Shown: in pieces, positions 38,944 through 53,340 of the stretch
How positions within the stretch are numbered: position 1 is the stretch's first letter
Layout: every line of letters begins with the position of its first letter
NCBI RefSeq assembly: GCF_026571515.1
Contig: NW_026865143.1
Location: 1 to 64,000, forward strand
Direction: 5' to 3'
From: Ruditapes philippinarum
Taxonomy: Eukaryota
DNA length: 64,000 bases
Translations under genes and position numbers: made by a program
The notes under the pieces: model-generated
The model's input: only the letters and a program-made list of their open reading frames with translations
Told to the model about the DNA's origin: nothing
Databases searched by the model: none

Positions 38944-41900
38944 CTAGCCAGATGGGTTCTTAAAGTATTCAAGTATAACATTAACATATTTAACTAAGTT
39001 GCTTAATTTTTGTGGATCTGTTTCACTCATTAATTTTCTAAACGTAAACATATTTTTGTTTTGTTGATTAATTTGTGGTAAAAGTTTTCGTTTATTTTCA
39101 AAATAACTACATGAAAAAATGTAATGGAATTCATCACCTATATCATTTGAGTTACCAAGAGTACATTTTCTTTCATTTCTAACAATACCTAACCACCTTC
39201 CTCTTTCTATAGGGAGGAGATTGTTACACAATCGAAAATTAACAAATGTTTTTAAATATTTGTCTGACAGTAAACAAAGGTACGGTTCAAAGCAATGATC
39301 AGTTTTGTACATTCTATAATTTAAACATTTTGGCATTGAGCAGACATCACTACGCCATTTTTGTACATATTGGTTACACATTGATATATCAATGGTTTTT
39401 AACAATAAGCATTTAGAACCACTAAACTTCTGATTTAACCAAATATAACTCATACCTGTATCGTCAAAAATACTCTTAACATTCAATAACCATTTGTACT
39501 CCTTACCATTTCTTACAAAATCCTCATATACAAGCTTATAAATATTTGACGATAACTTTTGTAGTGAATTACTGTTAACTAAATCATACCAATAACCAGC
39601 AATTCGTTTCTTAATGATAATTAATAATGGAAATCGCCCAAGTTCGCCATAAACCATAACATGCGGTGTACTTTTCTTAACACGTAATACATATTTAAGG
39701 AAATCTGTATGCACTTTTTCTATAAGCGACAAGTCACCATAACCCCACACTTCACACCCATAAGTTAAAATTGGTACAATTGTATGATCGAATAACTTTA
39801 ACTGACAATCAATAGGTAAATCTAGATTTCTTATTTTCTTATATAAACCAAACATTGCCTGTCTTGCTTGATCAACAATATGTTTTTTTGCAACCGCAAA
39901 TTGTCTGTTCTTAGAAAAAACTACACCAAGATATTTAAACGTGTCTGCCATCTCTAAAACGTGATTATCTACCGTAATATTCCTGTTTCTATTTCTTTTA
40001 TCACCAAATACCATTACTTTTGTTTTATCAAAGTTTATATTTAATTTCCAGATATGACAATAGTTAGAAAAGGTGTTCAACACAGATATAAGATCTTGTT
40101 CTGTTTTAGCAAAAAGAATGGTATCGTCAGCATATAACAAAACAACACAAGTTTCAAAAAAAATTCAATGTTATTATCTTCAAGTATAACTGAAACATCG
40201 TTATTACATAACATGTAATTTTCTAAGTCATTTAGTACAGAGAAAAAATTACCGGTGACAAATTTTTCTCCTTGTCTAAAGCCCTTATAACAACCAAAAA
40301 AAATTTGAAAATTTGCCATTTACAGATACACATGACTTGATTTCACTGTACATATTTTTATTACATTTTAAAAAATTTCCAGAAATATTGTATTTGACAA
40401 GTTTACACCAAACGCCTGCTCTCCATACAGAGTCAAAGGCTTTTTGAAAGTCAATAAAAGCACAAAAAAGTTTTGTTTTCTTATGTTTAAAGGTAATCTG
40501 TTAACATGTGGGAGAATAAAAATATTATCAACAGTTGAATGATGCTTCCTAAATCCAGCTTGGTTTGAATTTAATAAATTATAACTTTCTAAATATTTTG
40601 TCAATCTTTCATTTAGTATACTTGTAAATAATTTCCCTATACAACTAAGCAATGTAATAGGTCTATAGTTTTCAGGCATTTCAATACTACCTTTATTTTT
40701 ATAGATTGGTACAATGCATCCTGTCAACCAAGAATCTGGCAAAAAACCAGTGTTAAGAATACAGTTAAACAATTTGTGATAAAGTGGTATAAGTAAAGTA
40801 CTGCTTCCCTTAATATATTCGTTAGTAACTTGATCCAGACCAGTCGCCTTGTCATTCTTAAGTTTATCTATTGCTCTTTGTATCTCAGAGATTGTTATGC
40901 TATCATTAAGCCCATTATCAAAATTAACATTTGGAAAGTCTGTTTCTGGGTTGTCATTTGCATCTACTGTATCTGTATTAAGCTGTCTATAAAAATCATA
41001 AAATGCTGAAACATCAACATCAGTCATTTGTTTTTTCTTACTTATACTATTTACATAATTCCAATGTTCTTTAGGCGATGAGTTTTTCATGTTTCGTATT
41101 TTCTTTCTCTGCTCCCTTTTAAAATTGACAATACTTTTTCTCATAATATACTTATAATTTTTACTAGAATTATATAAATCAGACATGTTACGTTCATTTT
41201 TTGTCCATTGGTATTTTCGCTTACATCTATGATATAACGTTCTAGCATTTCTGCAATCATTATCAAACCAAGGCTGTCTACAGCCATCTGAACTATTTGT
41301 TTTCATTTTTTGTATACCAAATGTTTTCTTTGCAGATACAAGGAGTGTATTTTCAATGTTTCGAAAAATAAAGTTAATAAAATATTTATCAATTTCTTCG
41401 CAGCTTTCGATTTCTCTTAACATATCATCAACTTTATTACTGTTAATATTGTCAAGAAATACATTTGCTTTGGATTGAGTCCAACCTTTAATTTTCTCAT
41501 TGGAAGAATAAGACTGCCTTAAATTATTTTCAACAATATGTGATAAATTGAAATTGATTGGACAATGCACATCAGAGTATAATGCGTTAAATTCGTCTAT
41601 AGTAAAACCGTTAAATAGTTTTAGTGCGTGTGCTGAAGCTATTACATAATCAACAATTGAAGAGTTTTTACAAGTAAAACTACCTACATTTTTATCTGTA
41701 AACGACCTTCCGTTTAAAATCACTGTTTCATTCGATTTACAAAAATCTACAAGATCTTTTCCTAAACGATTAGCAACTTTATCCATTGAAACACGTGCTA
41801 CAGAAAAATCATTTTTTCTCAACTCGTTTAAAATATCTACATCAAATATACTGTTATATTCAATATCTATAATATCAAAAAGTTTTTCATCAACTTGCAA

Positions 41901-42352
41901 TATATCATCAACATTACCAGTTCTAGCATTGAAGTCATCAAATGTAACTATATGTTTATAATTGGTACAGAAATTTTCATACTCTGTGTAAAACAAGTCA
42001 TATATATTTTTGTTGAAATATTTAGTATTTTCTGGTGGGATGTAAACAGAGCCAAAAAAACATCTTAGTCTGTTTCAAACAAACATTTTGATAATTTAAA
42101 CCACTGAACATATTCACATTCAGTATCAATCTGGGTGAAGTATTTTCTCAAGAAGTTTTTAACAAAAATCGCAATGCCTCCAGACTTCCTAGCAACTCTT
42201 TGTTTCCGATTTTTATAAATACAATAGTAATTTTCAAAATTTATGACATCAAGATCATCAAGATGTGTTTCACAGCATGAAATTATATCAAAAGATGAAA
42301 GATAAGATTGAAATTCTGGTATAGTGCTTTTTGAGCATAACCCACAAACATT
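38944..42352 (-). pseudogene. LINE ORF2 endonuclease/reverse transcriptase (frameshifted)
   Basis: ORFs 40368..41996, 40077..40319 and 38944..40140. Confidence 0.88.
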
Positions 42353-42397
42353 TAAACTACAAAATGAAATAGATTTTGAATTGCCACCATGGCAAGC

Positions 42398-43449
42398 CTA
42401 TGCTGACACCTGTGAATGTGGTCCGTCGGTGTTTGGTTGATTTCCTTGGCCTTTGTTTTTAATATGGTAGGCATCAGCTTTGACTTCCTCTCCTTCAACG
42501 TATAACTTGTCCTTGACCAATACCGCCTTTTTCTTTTCCCTCCTTGGGTGTCGTAGTATCGGGTACAATGGGCGACGTTTATCCTCAATCTCCTCCGGGA
42601 ATTGTTCATGTATACCAAAGTTTGTGCCCTTAAGAAATCGTCTCGATTTACGAACACTCTCCCTGTCCTTAAAGAAACTAAACTTAGCAATGATGGGTCG
42701 GGGGATTGGTTTACCTCCCTTGTCAAATCTGACATTTTTGCTAGAGTGTGGTCTAGAACGATGAACACGTTCAAATTGAATCTCCTCTCTGATTTCAAGT
42801 TTGTCACGAATAAAGGAGCGCAATACATTTTCACAGTCTTCACCCTCAGTGTAATCGATATTTGTAAAAACCAAATTGTCTCTCATTGCTCTACACTTAA
42901 CATCTAAAAGCTCCTCTTTAAGACTAGAATTAACAGCTTTCATTTCGATCATTGCGGCTCTTATTTCATCATTTTCACGTGTAATAGTTTTCACAGACAG
43001 TTCTAATTCATTTAATTTCACAACATCTGTGTTTCTCTGAACCACCATATCATCAAATTGAGAGCTAACAAAATTAACTGATTTTTCAAATTCTTTACTT
43101 GAATTTTCTGTATGCTTTAATCTCTAATCAAAGTCAATAATTTTATTGTTCATAGAATGCACAGATTTTTCAATTTTGTCCAATTTATCAAGTTTATTCA
43201 GTTTGTCAAGGCCCTTCTCAAGTAACATCAATTTGGACATTAACGCATCATATTCAGATAACGTAAGAGTTACCTTGCTTTCAGATGTTTTTTGTGAGGC
43301 TTGCAAAACTTTTCCTGAGTCTAGGTCAAGATAGGATAAGTCGCCCTCATTATGGCCCGAGGAGTCAGAGCTAAGAGCTGAACGTAGTCTTTTTGCTGCC
43401 TGGTTTCGACCCCCAACGTTGTTCTAGGTGTATTATTATCAAATTCCAT
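42398..43449 (-). pseudogene. LINE ORF1 (interrupted)
   Basis: ORFs 43124..43306 and 42398..43048; coiled coil plus an RRM-like region. Confidence 0.8.
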
Positions 43450-44167
43450 TTTACCTGAAAAAAATCTGTACAGAGCACGCAATAATAAACAAACTAAGGC
43501 AAAAATAAATATTTATTCAGTCAGTTGGGTGTATTTGGCTCTGTTACCTATTATGCACACATGTATTTAATATATCTCTTGTTATTATTATAGTGCGAGT
43601 TTAATTATAACCAATAGTGCATTGTTTTCTTTAACATAGCACTACACTACATATTATTCTGATCACAAGGGTGTCTGGTTATAAATGAGTTAATAAAAAA
43701 AACATATAAAAATAGCGCAGAGTAAATGATATATATAAGTATATATAAGTACGAGTATAAGTACAAGGGGGACCAATCAAGCTCGCACAGACGTAGGTGT
43801 TCTAGATATTGAACCAAAAAAAGAAAACACAAACGATTAACAGTTATCAGTTATTGGTATAATACCCGTCAGCTATTTTATTGTCTATTTGTCTACTGTG
43901 TGTACTTGTTTTGTGTTTATTCAACAAAAATAACTGTTTTTAGTTGGATGCGCTGAACTATATCACGAGGGCGTAGCCCGAGTGATTTAACGATGCGCAT
44001 CCGACGCGAACGACATCGATAAAATCACTGGTTGGGATAATTTATTTCGATTCTAACACATCAACAAATAAATGTTGCCATACCTGTTATCAGGCTAATT
44101 GCGCCTGGATTTTGTTCCGTACTGTTTTCAGTGCGTCGGACTTTTAAGTTGTTACGTCAATTGTATA

Positions 44168-44292
44168 ATGATTACGTCATATATTTAAATATAGAAAGTC
44201 AACAGTGATTTTATTATATATTCTAACTCCACATTATTATGTAACAAAATCACTGTTGACGTTCTATTTTTAGACATATGACGTAATCATTA
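44168..44292. repeat. imperfect palindrome (~50-bp arms)
   Basis: atgattacgtcatat...gtcaacagtgatttt pairs with aaaatcactgttgac...atatgacgtaatcat. Confidence 0.75.
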
Positions 44293-45049
44293 TTGTTGAT
44301 ATCGAGTATGAAATAGCCCTGATAATATAAAGCAGCAAAGAATATCAACGCCTGAATCCCAGGCTATGCAGACTGCAACAACCAGGTCATTGCTCATGGG
44401 GTCAAGATCAAAGTAAAAGGTCAAATGTTCACATTTCACATCTGCTCTACAACTTACTAACTTGGCTTACAGATAGTTTTTAAATGACGCACGACGCGAA
44501 AAACCCGGTCGTAATGACATTTTTTTTTCTTCAAAATTTGGTTTTTATCTCATTTTTGTAGACATTTTTCTGAATAAGATAGTGAAAACTATTTTTAAAT
44601 CAAAAGGTTATTTAATTAGATATACCTTTTTAAAGAACGTCATATAATTGAACACTTTATTAACAAATGACGTCGAAAAAATTAGTTGACGCTTATTTAT
44701 TGAAGAATTTTAAAGCGGCAATTTTATTTATCTTAAATAAACTTAATTAGTTTGATCTGTAAAAAATGTAGTTTCAAAGTTTCATGTACACACATGACAA
44801 TTTGAATTCTAGCACATAAGCATACATTACATAAAGAGGCATAGCATGCACATGAAAATAATAATATTAATACAATTCATCTTTAAGTTAACAAAATGGA
44901 GAAGGACACGCATTTTCAAGGACATGATGAACAAAAATGTAGAAATCTATTATCAAATTTTGTGATTATGTCCTCAACAAATAAACAAAAATTACTATAT
45001 TAATTACAATGAGTTATATTCATATTCAAATAGATTTAAAAGTTAATAC

Positions 45050-46245
45050 AATTTTAATGTCGTACATAATAACGATTTAACATTCTTTTTCTAAGTACGA
45101 TAATTCATTGCATTCAAAGAGATAATGAAATTCATCTTCAATACTTTCGGAGCTGTTACAAAGTGTACATTTACGTAAATTAAAATCTATACCATTCCAA
45201 CTTCCGGTTTCTACAGGAAGCCTGCTGTTTGTTGTTACATATCTTACTAAGTTTTATGATATATTTGTTAAATAGGATTCTAAATGGAATTTTTCTTTAA
45301 ATCATTTATAATGTTTCCATTTACTCGATTCTGTACAATACCAGTCATTAAGAAATAAATCTGACAATTTTTGATTCACATTGGCAGTTAACCGCTTATG
45401 ATTAGGAAACATCTAATAGGTCCGTACATTGGGGATTCAACATTTGATAAGTATATTTTTAATATGATTAAAGCACAGAAATGTCTGTCTATTAACATTT
45501 CTTCTTGTTTATAAGTTTTAAGAGCAATTAAATAAAATATGCTAGATAGTTTTAATTCATTAGGTACAACTAGATCAGACCAAAAATTAATTATTCTGCA
45601 ATCAAAATCAATAGAAATTGGTATAACACCACATTTTACGTACACAATACAAGTTGGTGTACTAGATTTAAGGCCTAATATATGTTTAAGATATTTCATT
45701 TGTACCTTTTCAAGTAAACTGTTATAACCATATCACAAGCATTCACAACCATATCGTAAAATTAATTTTACAAGTTTGTCAAACAAATCTATTTACATAT
45801 TCAAAGTTACTTGAAGTTTTTTTTATATTTTTCAATTAAACAATACAAGACATTTAGTGCTTGGTAAGCTATATAAGTCTTTCCTTTTAAGAAACTACCA
45901 CTTCTTCTAAATAATATTCCTATGTGTTTGAATTCATCATGGACAACTTCTACAGTTTCATTACCATATTTAAAACTATGCTGCGCTCGCCTACCATTTA
46001 CAAGAACTTTTGTTTTGGATGTATTCACTTTTACTTTCCAGTTGTCACAGTAATTTATAGGCTGATAGCAATTTGTAAATCGTTTGCTGAATCAGATAAA
46101 ATAACAGTGTCGACAGCATATAGAATAATAAACAATTTCGCAATGCCAAGTACTTCTTCATTAAATGTTACACCTTCTATACTATTACCATTTGCAAAAT
46201 AGTCATGCAAATCATTCAAATAAAAGAAAAGAAAGCAACGGCGAT
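45050..46245 (-). mobile_element. old LINE ORF2 relic (RT to C-terminus)
   Basis: LFILYAVDTV (degenerate YADD) near 46110-46130, NTSKTKVL, KYLKHILGLKSSTP, and LPVETGSW near 45200. Confidence 0.8.
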
Positions 46246-48668
46246 ATATTAGTAATTATAATTTAAAGTTAAGTAAATAAGAGACTTCTCGCTAATTGCA
46301 ACTATTATCGTTGCTTAGCAACGTAATAACAACGCGAACGAGCGTGTCATACACGGCTAATCATTTGTATTTTAACCATTACCATGCTAAATATCTTCAA
46401 TCTGGACAAAGCCATTCATCATTTTCAAAATATTTAATGACTGAAAAGCAAATAATGCAGACCACGATCATAAGGCTATAAGTATATACCCAATACAAAG
46501 AAAGAAACAAACAATAGTATAGTATTACGTATTTTAACGTTTAATATCTTTACGACATTGAAAAATAATAAACAAATAAATAATTTCAAAATGCTTCGAT
46601 TACTCTTTTATTCTTTAGAACATAACAGTGTAGAAAATTGTAAAACAGTTCAATAATACCGTATGATGAAACAAGTAGTTTGAAATATGTATATGCACTA
46701 AACTGTTATAACAGTGCACCAAAATCACTGATGACTATGATAACAACTTGAGATTTTTCAAAATAGGTTTGAATTTTAAATTATAGATAATAGTCCATGT
46801 GAATAATCAATAACCCACATGAATCACAATAATTTCTATAGATTTTTTTCGGAATATGTCGTTTATGCTCCGTTGATAAAAAGAGTGGGACAGGCCTTTC
46901 ATATTTCAGGCTAATTATCATATTTTGTCCTTGGCAATTTCAAAATCAACTATTGTTCAACGGCCATTATAATAGTCAATCTTTTTTTAATCTATAGTAA
47001 ATTGAACTCAACCAGACAGATTGAGCGTAATGTACCTTGAAGATAGAAGAAGAAAAAACAGCGCATTTGAACCTTATTAAAGCAACGATCGTTATAATTA
47101 CGGTAAAAAAACACAATATCACCTGAATAGGTAACATATGGTACTAGTTAATGCTTTTTAATTCTTTAATTCGGTCAATATATGCTTCAAACCACAAAAT
47201 ATATAGTATTTATACAGAAATTCATGCTAGGACTTTAGAGAATGACATTCTAGCATGATTTGAGTAAATAACATCAATTTACTATTTTTTTGTCATTCAT
47301 TTGTCTAAGTATCCCTTTAATTAATTCTATAAAATTTTCTTTAAAGATACTTACTTCAAACTCCTCCTCTTCCTCAAAATTCCGACGTAGGTAAACTTTA
47401 AAAACTTTAATAACACATGATCTAAAAAGCATTTCCGTGTTATCATGTGTTTACGCAAGAAGAGTGACGTCATTTTAATCGCTGTAGTGCACTTTTATTG
47501 GCGTGTCATTAAAACCGTTTTTCTCGCGTTGTGCGTCAAATTATTTTGTCGAAATGATCACCATCATGATACACTGTGCAAAACACAACGTCCAGGTTGG
47601 TACCAACATGGTCAAGGTTAAAAGTTCTCCATAATCTTTGGACTTTATGGAAGATTTTAAATAACTTGGCACAAATAATCATCATCATGAGACTATATGC
47701 TTATGATATGCATGGCACAACATCAAGTTCATGGTTGGTATAAAGTCAAGAAGTACAAATTCATAGCTGCTGCGGAAGGGATTAAGCTGTCCTTAAGACT
47801 GCCTTGTTCTTTCTTGTTGCATACGTTTTTTTGTAACATCGGTTTTCTTCTTTCTTTTTTAGTTCCATTTGTTGTTGTTAAGTGCTGTCATCTTTTTAAA
47901 TTTTCTCTGAACTTCCTTACTGTTTGCTTTGATGAAGTTGTCTTATTCTACTCTGTTTTTGATCTTTTATATTTCTTATTGACCTTCCTCTGGCTGGAAG
48001 ACAGACTTTTATTTGTCCATGCTTATTTTGCTATTTGTTCTGTAGAAATGAAATAATAAACAGTTTTTATCATTTTTGGTCAGAAGTGTAACAAATACAC
48101 ATACTACATGTTAATAAAATATGCTAGGAACACAACCTGTCCTATTCTGTATTCATTTTTTACCTTTAAATGGTTATTGCTAAGTCTATTTAAGCATAAA
48201 TGTAAAAAAAAAATTCTTAATCACTTGAAATTAAAAAACATCATTTTTCTTGATTTAAATGTGTTAATTCGAACTTTCTAGACAATCACTAAAGGTTTAA
48301 ATAATGTTTTACTTACCTTAAATGCACCAGAATATTGTTTCCCAGAACTGCACTATCAGTCAAATTCTCTGCACAGCAAAACAATAATGCATTTGAAAAT
48401 GTTGATAAAAGAATATGCCGAAATGTCACCAAAATATGTTACACTCCTGACAATTGCATGTCATCTTATGCAGGCAATATATAACCATAATCTTCGCTCA
48501 TGACTGTTGCTTGTGATCACTCCTGGACTCATTAGATATACATGTGTTAACTAACGACATCACTGTTGCTATTTATATACCAAATGTTACACTCCTGACA
48601 AAATTCAGCCAGATTATTTAGACGAGGAAAAACTGTAGAAATAGTAGTTATATATCAGAAGTATTTAT

Positions 48669-48906
48669 TTCTGAATATCAAAAACTGGAAATTTTATAAG
48701 CGCAATTAAAAATGTACACCAAAACAGAAACTTTTTGGATAATTTAAGTGAAAAATATTTCGGCCACTTATTTATAAAAAAAACTTCTAGTTTTATAGTT
48801 TAATTCTGAATATCAAAAACTTGAAATTTTATGAGAGCAATTAAAAATGTACACCAAAACAGAGTAATTTAAGTGAAAAATATTTTGGCCCCTTATTTAT
48901 AAAAAA
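48669..48906. repeat. ~135-bp tandem duplication
   Basis: ttctgaatatcaaaaact..aaatttt..agcgcaattaaaaatgtacaccaaaacaga at 48669 and 48804. Confidence 0.75.
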
Positions 48907-49199
48907 ATCTTTTTTTTATGTTCTGATAAGTAATTCATTATAAAAGTTATCAACTAACTTGAAGGACACATATTCTACTTTATCTTAAAAACAGTTATAA
49001 TTGTCAATATTGTCAATGTTTTTCATAGGAGTGTTTTGAAAATAGCAAATTTTGTGAAGTGTCACCCTGTTTTTGTTACATTCCTGGCCCGTTTTTTCAG
49101 CATAACATTTTTTTATATCTGAAGCAAATTCCACAAAACTTCACACACTTCTTAATACATATTTGGAGAGAAAAACAATTATTATAATTATAATCGTTC

Positions 49200-52100
49200 T
49201 CATATTCAAAGTTGGTATTGTTCTATCAATAATTCTAGTCGTCCGGATACATACAGTTCTATAAAATATAAATTTGAATTTGAAAGTTATCTTGATTATA
49301 TTAAGGACAAAAGATTTAGAGTTGCGGTTACAAAATTTCGCACATTATCTCACAACTTGTTTATTGAAAAGGGAAGATATACAAACGTACCTAGAAAGAA
49401 TATGCAATAATTGTTCTTCGAGACAAATCAAAAACGAATTTCTTTGATAAATATAAAGTATTAGAGGAATTATCAATTCCTTTACGTAGATTGTCAAGTG
49501 ACAAAAGAATGAATAATCATGGCATTCAACTGATCGAACTCTGTAGGAGCAATAACATTTTTGTTGTTAATGGTAGATTTGAAACTGATAGGCCCGCAAA
49601 TTTAACTTTCAGGGATAAATCAATTATTGACTATCTCATGGCGAGTGTTGATGCATTTAAACTTATATCTGACTTTAAAGTTAAAGAAACGGACTCGCTT
49701 TTTTCCGATGGACTCAACGGATTATATTGGACATTAAATAACTTTGACACTAATTTTGACAAATCATATAAGAATGCAAATAAATCGCAAACTAAATCAA
49801 AACCGAAATGGCGAGAAGAGCAAAGCGACAACTTTGTAACAAATATTGACACTAATCATTTATCACACATACAACAGCTGTGTAACTAGTGCCCAGAATG
49901 TAAATGGAAATATAGAACTTCTAACAACAGAACTACAATTACTGTTTGAAAATTCATCAATCAAAACATTTCCACCATTGACTCGTTGGAAATGCCACAA
50001 AGCACGAAAAAAATTATCACAATGCTAAAATTAGATATAACTTAAATAAAACAGACGATAATAAGTTGCGCTTAAAAAATAGCAGCAAGCAATATAAAAG
50101 AACAATGAACTATTACATAAACAAATTTAAACATGATAACTCATATAAGCTAAAAAAAATGCAAACCAAAAATACAAAACAATACTGGAATTTTCTAAAA
50201 TCTATTAATCCAAAATCAGGTAGTAAGCCATCTCCCTCAATAAACGAGTTTTACGAGTACTTTAAAAATGTAAATAGTAATCCACATAATGATACAGATA
50301 TTAATTTAAATCAAACATTTATAGATAATACAAATGTCTACTTAAATAAAGTCATAACGCAAGAAGAAATTCTAATTTGTATCAACAAATTAAATAATGG
50401 CAAGCCCTCGAGTCCTTCTGACAGTATAACAAATGAATATATTAAGAGTACAAAATCTATGCTTTTACCCATCTATGAACGTCTTTTTAACTTAATTCTT
50501 GATTACGGAAATTTACCGCCTGTTTGGCTGGAAGGCTGGATATAGCCAATTTACAAGAATAAAGGTGAATCGAAAAGCACTAATTCTTACAGACCAATAA
50601 CAATATTATCATGTCTTCACTTGGTAAATTATTCACTTCTGTCCTAAATTCAAGGCTTAACAATTATATGGAAGAATTCAATCTCCTAAATGAATCACAA
50701 GCAGGTTTTAGAAATGGCTACTCTTGCTCGGACCACTTATTTACATTGCATACATTAATTGAAATTCTAAAGAAGCGTAAACAAAAACTTTTCTGTGGAT
50801 TTATTGATTTCTCTAAATGTTTTGATACTATCTGGCTTTTTGGGCTATGGCATAAATTACTTCAATATTTTATTAATGGTAAAGTTTTTCAAGTTATTTT
50901 CAACATGTACAATAATATCAAGTCCTGCGTAGTACATTTAGGAGAAACATCTCAATTTTTTACTTCAGAAATAGGGGTCCGCCAGGGGGAAAATTTGAGC
51001 CCGATACTTTTTTCCATTTTCTAAACGACCTTGAATCTTATCTTATATCAAATGGAGCTTTAGGAGTAAATCTAACTGATACTATAACTAGTGAAACATG
51101 GCTTAAACTATTACTCTTATTATACGCAGACGACACAATTATAATGTCAGAATCAGCTGACGACTTTCAAAAATGCTTATCCTCATTTAATTCATCTTGT
51201 AATGAATGGAAACTAAACATTAATGCTGTGAAAACCAAAATAGTTGTTTTTGGAAGTAGAAATGCAAAGAATGGATATAATTTTACTCTAGGTAACCAGG
51301 CGATAGCTATTGAAGACTGTTATCATTATCTTGGAGTAACCTTTACCAGTAACGGCTCTTTTCTAAATGCATAGAAACATGTGACCCAACAATCAAATAA
51401 AGCCCTAAATCTGCTATATTCACGCTGCAATAATGCAGACTTACCAATCGATCTTACACTTAAACTTTTTGCTCATACTGTAATGCCTATCTTAACCTAC
51501 GGATCTGAAATATTTGGCTTTGAAAACTAAGAGCTTCTTGAAAAAATCCATAACACATTTCTTAGAAGAATAACCTGTGATAGGAAAAGCACTCCAAAAT
51601 ATATGATTTTTGGTGAATTAGGCAGATACCCTATCGAAATCATAGTCTTTCTGGGTTAGACTTTTACTTGGAAAGCAAAGTAAACTTTCATATATCGTAT
51701 ACCAATTTATGTTAAATCATTCAGACCAAAATTATAAGTGGATAAATAAAATTAAAAATATTTTAAACTCTGTTGGCAGGACTGACTTATGGATTAATCA
51801 AAATACAGCCGTAAATAAAAGTATTCCATATAAAGGCCGTATATACAATAGCTTTAAAAAGTCGCTTACTTATGAAAAGTATCTAAATTTAATTCCCACG
51901 CAATGACTACATTACCCTTTTTAAATTTAGAACATGTAATACAAGACTCCCATCAGAGATCGGGCGCTATGATGGTACCGCTTACTTAGATAGAACCTGT
52001 CCTCCGTGTAGAAGTGGCTCCCCAGGCACAGAAAGACATTACATCTTTAACTGTAACTATTTTAACAATCAACGCAGCATGTATCTAATTCTTAATTACT

Positions 52101-52492
52101 TTCACTTAGTTGATAACGAAAACAGTTTTGAAAGCTTAATAAATTCAACAAATGCGCCCAAACTGTTGAATCTTTGTAAATTTATCCGTATAGTCTGGGC
52201 AAAATTTTAATTATATAGCATCAAACATATTTATGATAACAGTTTTACAGACTTACCTTTTTTTCTCGCCAAAGTAATCCATAAAGATACTTCTGCAATA
52301 CTTGAATACATATATACTCAGTGTGAGAACTTTCCCATATTGAGCGCGCGTATATCTATTTATATATTTCGCCAATTATAAATTATCCGTGATAATGCTA
52401 CCTTGTTGAATTTTACCCGAAACAGCGTAATTAAATTACAAACTTATCGATTCAAAACTCTTTCAAAAATATATTTATTTTATTTATTTTGT

Positions 52493-52528
<36 letters not shown>

Positions 52529-53340
52529 TTATTTTCCAATAACAATCATAATAACAATAATAATAAATACATCCAAGGTCATGATCTATATTGAAGCCTG
52601 ACATGATTGTTACTGATATACTAATCAAGGGAATATCTCAACATTATATTTGAACGTAAAGTTTTAGCATTTATAACTTGATTGAATCTTTTAGTACATT
52701 CTTTTATATATGTGTGTTTTTTTTTTATATTATCATTTCTTCTTTTTCTTATGAAAAAAGATGAACTGTTAAATTATCTAGAATTAAGAATATCCGAATT
52801 CCCCCCCCCCCCCCCCCCTAGAAAACACACTGTAATATTTCACCATATTGTTTACATTAAAAGAAAAAAAATATATTGTGCAAAATTATGTATGTTTACT
52901 GCTGGAAAACTAATGTATTATATACTTGTTATATTAGAAAATCCTCATATTGTACGTACAAATGTGCTTGAGTGAATAAAGATGTCTGTCTGTCTGTCTG
53001 TCTTTTTGTTTACATGCTCACAATATGCTAACCTTCGCAAAAAATATCTTAGACGCTACTATTATACATGGCCTACATTGCAGAAATTTACTAATTTATT
53101 ATTGTCTGAATCTAAAATAATTGTAAGATATCTTTCTAAATATTTATATTATGCAAATTTGATTAGAAAATAGTTTTACAGAACCTCAAACACGTCATAA
53201 TTATGAATGCATATGTTTTCATTCTGTGCTCCTTGAAAAATCCATGTATTCTGCCTATAGTTATGTTGTATGTGCTATAAACATATATTGTATGTTTAAC
53301 GCAATAAAATTATTTGAGTTGAGTTGAGTTTGAGTTGAGA
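49200..53340 (+). mobile_element. host LINE 3' fragment, split into 49200-49440 and 53001-53340
   Basis: FESYLDYIKDKRFRVAVTKFRTLSHNLFIEKGRY..ICNNCSSRQIKNEF continues as FLFTCSQYANLRKKYL...RK*. AATAAA plus a TTGAG-repeat tail at 53303-53339. Confidence 0.75.
49441..53002 (+). mobile_element. 5'-truncated decayed LINE (RTE-X-like) nested in another LINE
   Basis: End of the endonuclease (KSIIDY), RT (QAGFR, GVRQGENLSP, YADD), C-terminal LPSEIGRY..C..C. AATAAA plus a TGTC-repeat tail at 52975-53002. Confidence 0.88.

Larger units (their letters stand above)
38672..43926 (-). mobile_element. near full-length decayed non-LTR retrotransposon (RTE-X-like)
   Basis: ORF1 ~43449-42398 (coiled coil, RDNLVF, PRPIIAKF). 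ORF2 ~42350-38944 with APE endonuclease (DFNART, SIVDY, SDVH), RT (NYRPITLLS, QAGFR, YADD) and C-terminal LPIERGRW..C..DEFHYIFSC. Several frameshifts and stops. Confidence 0.9.
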
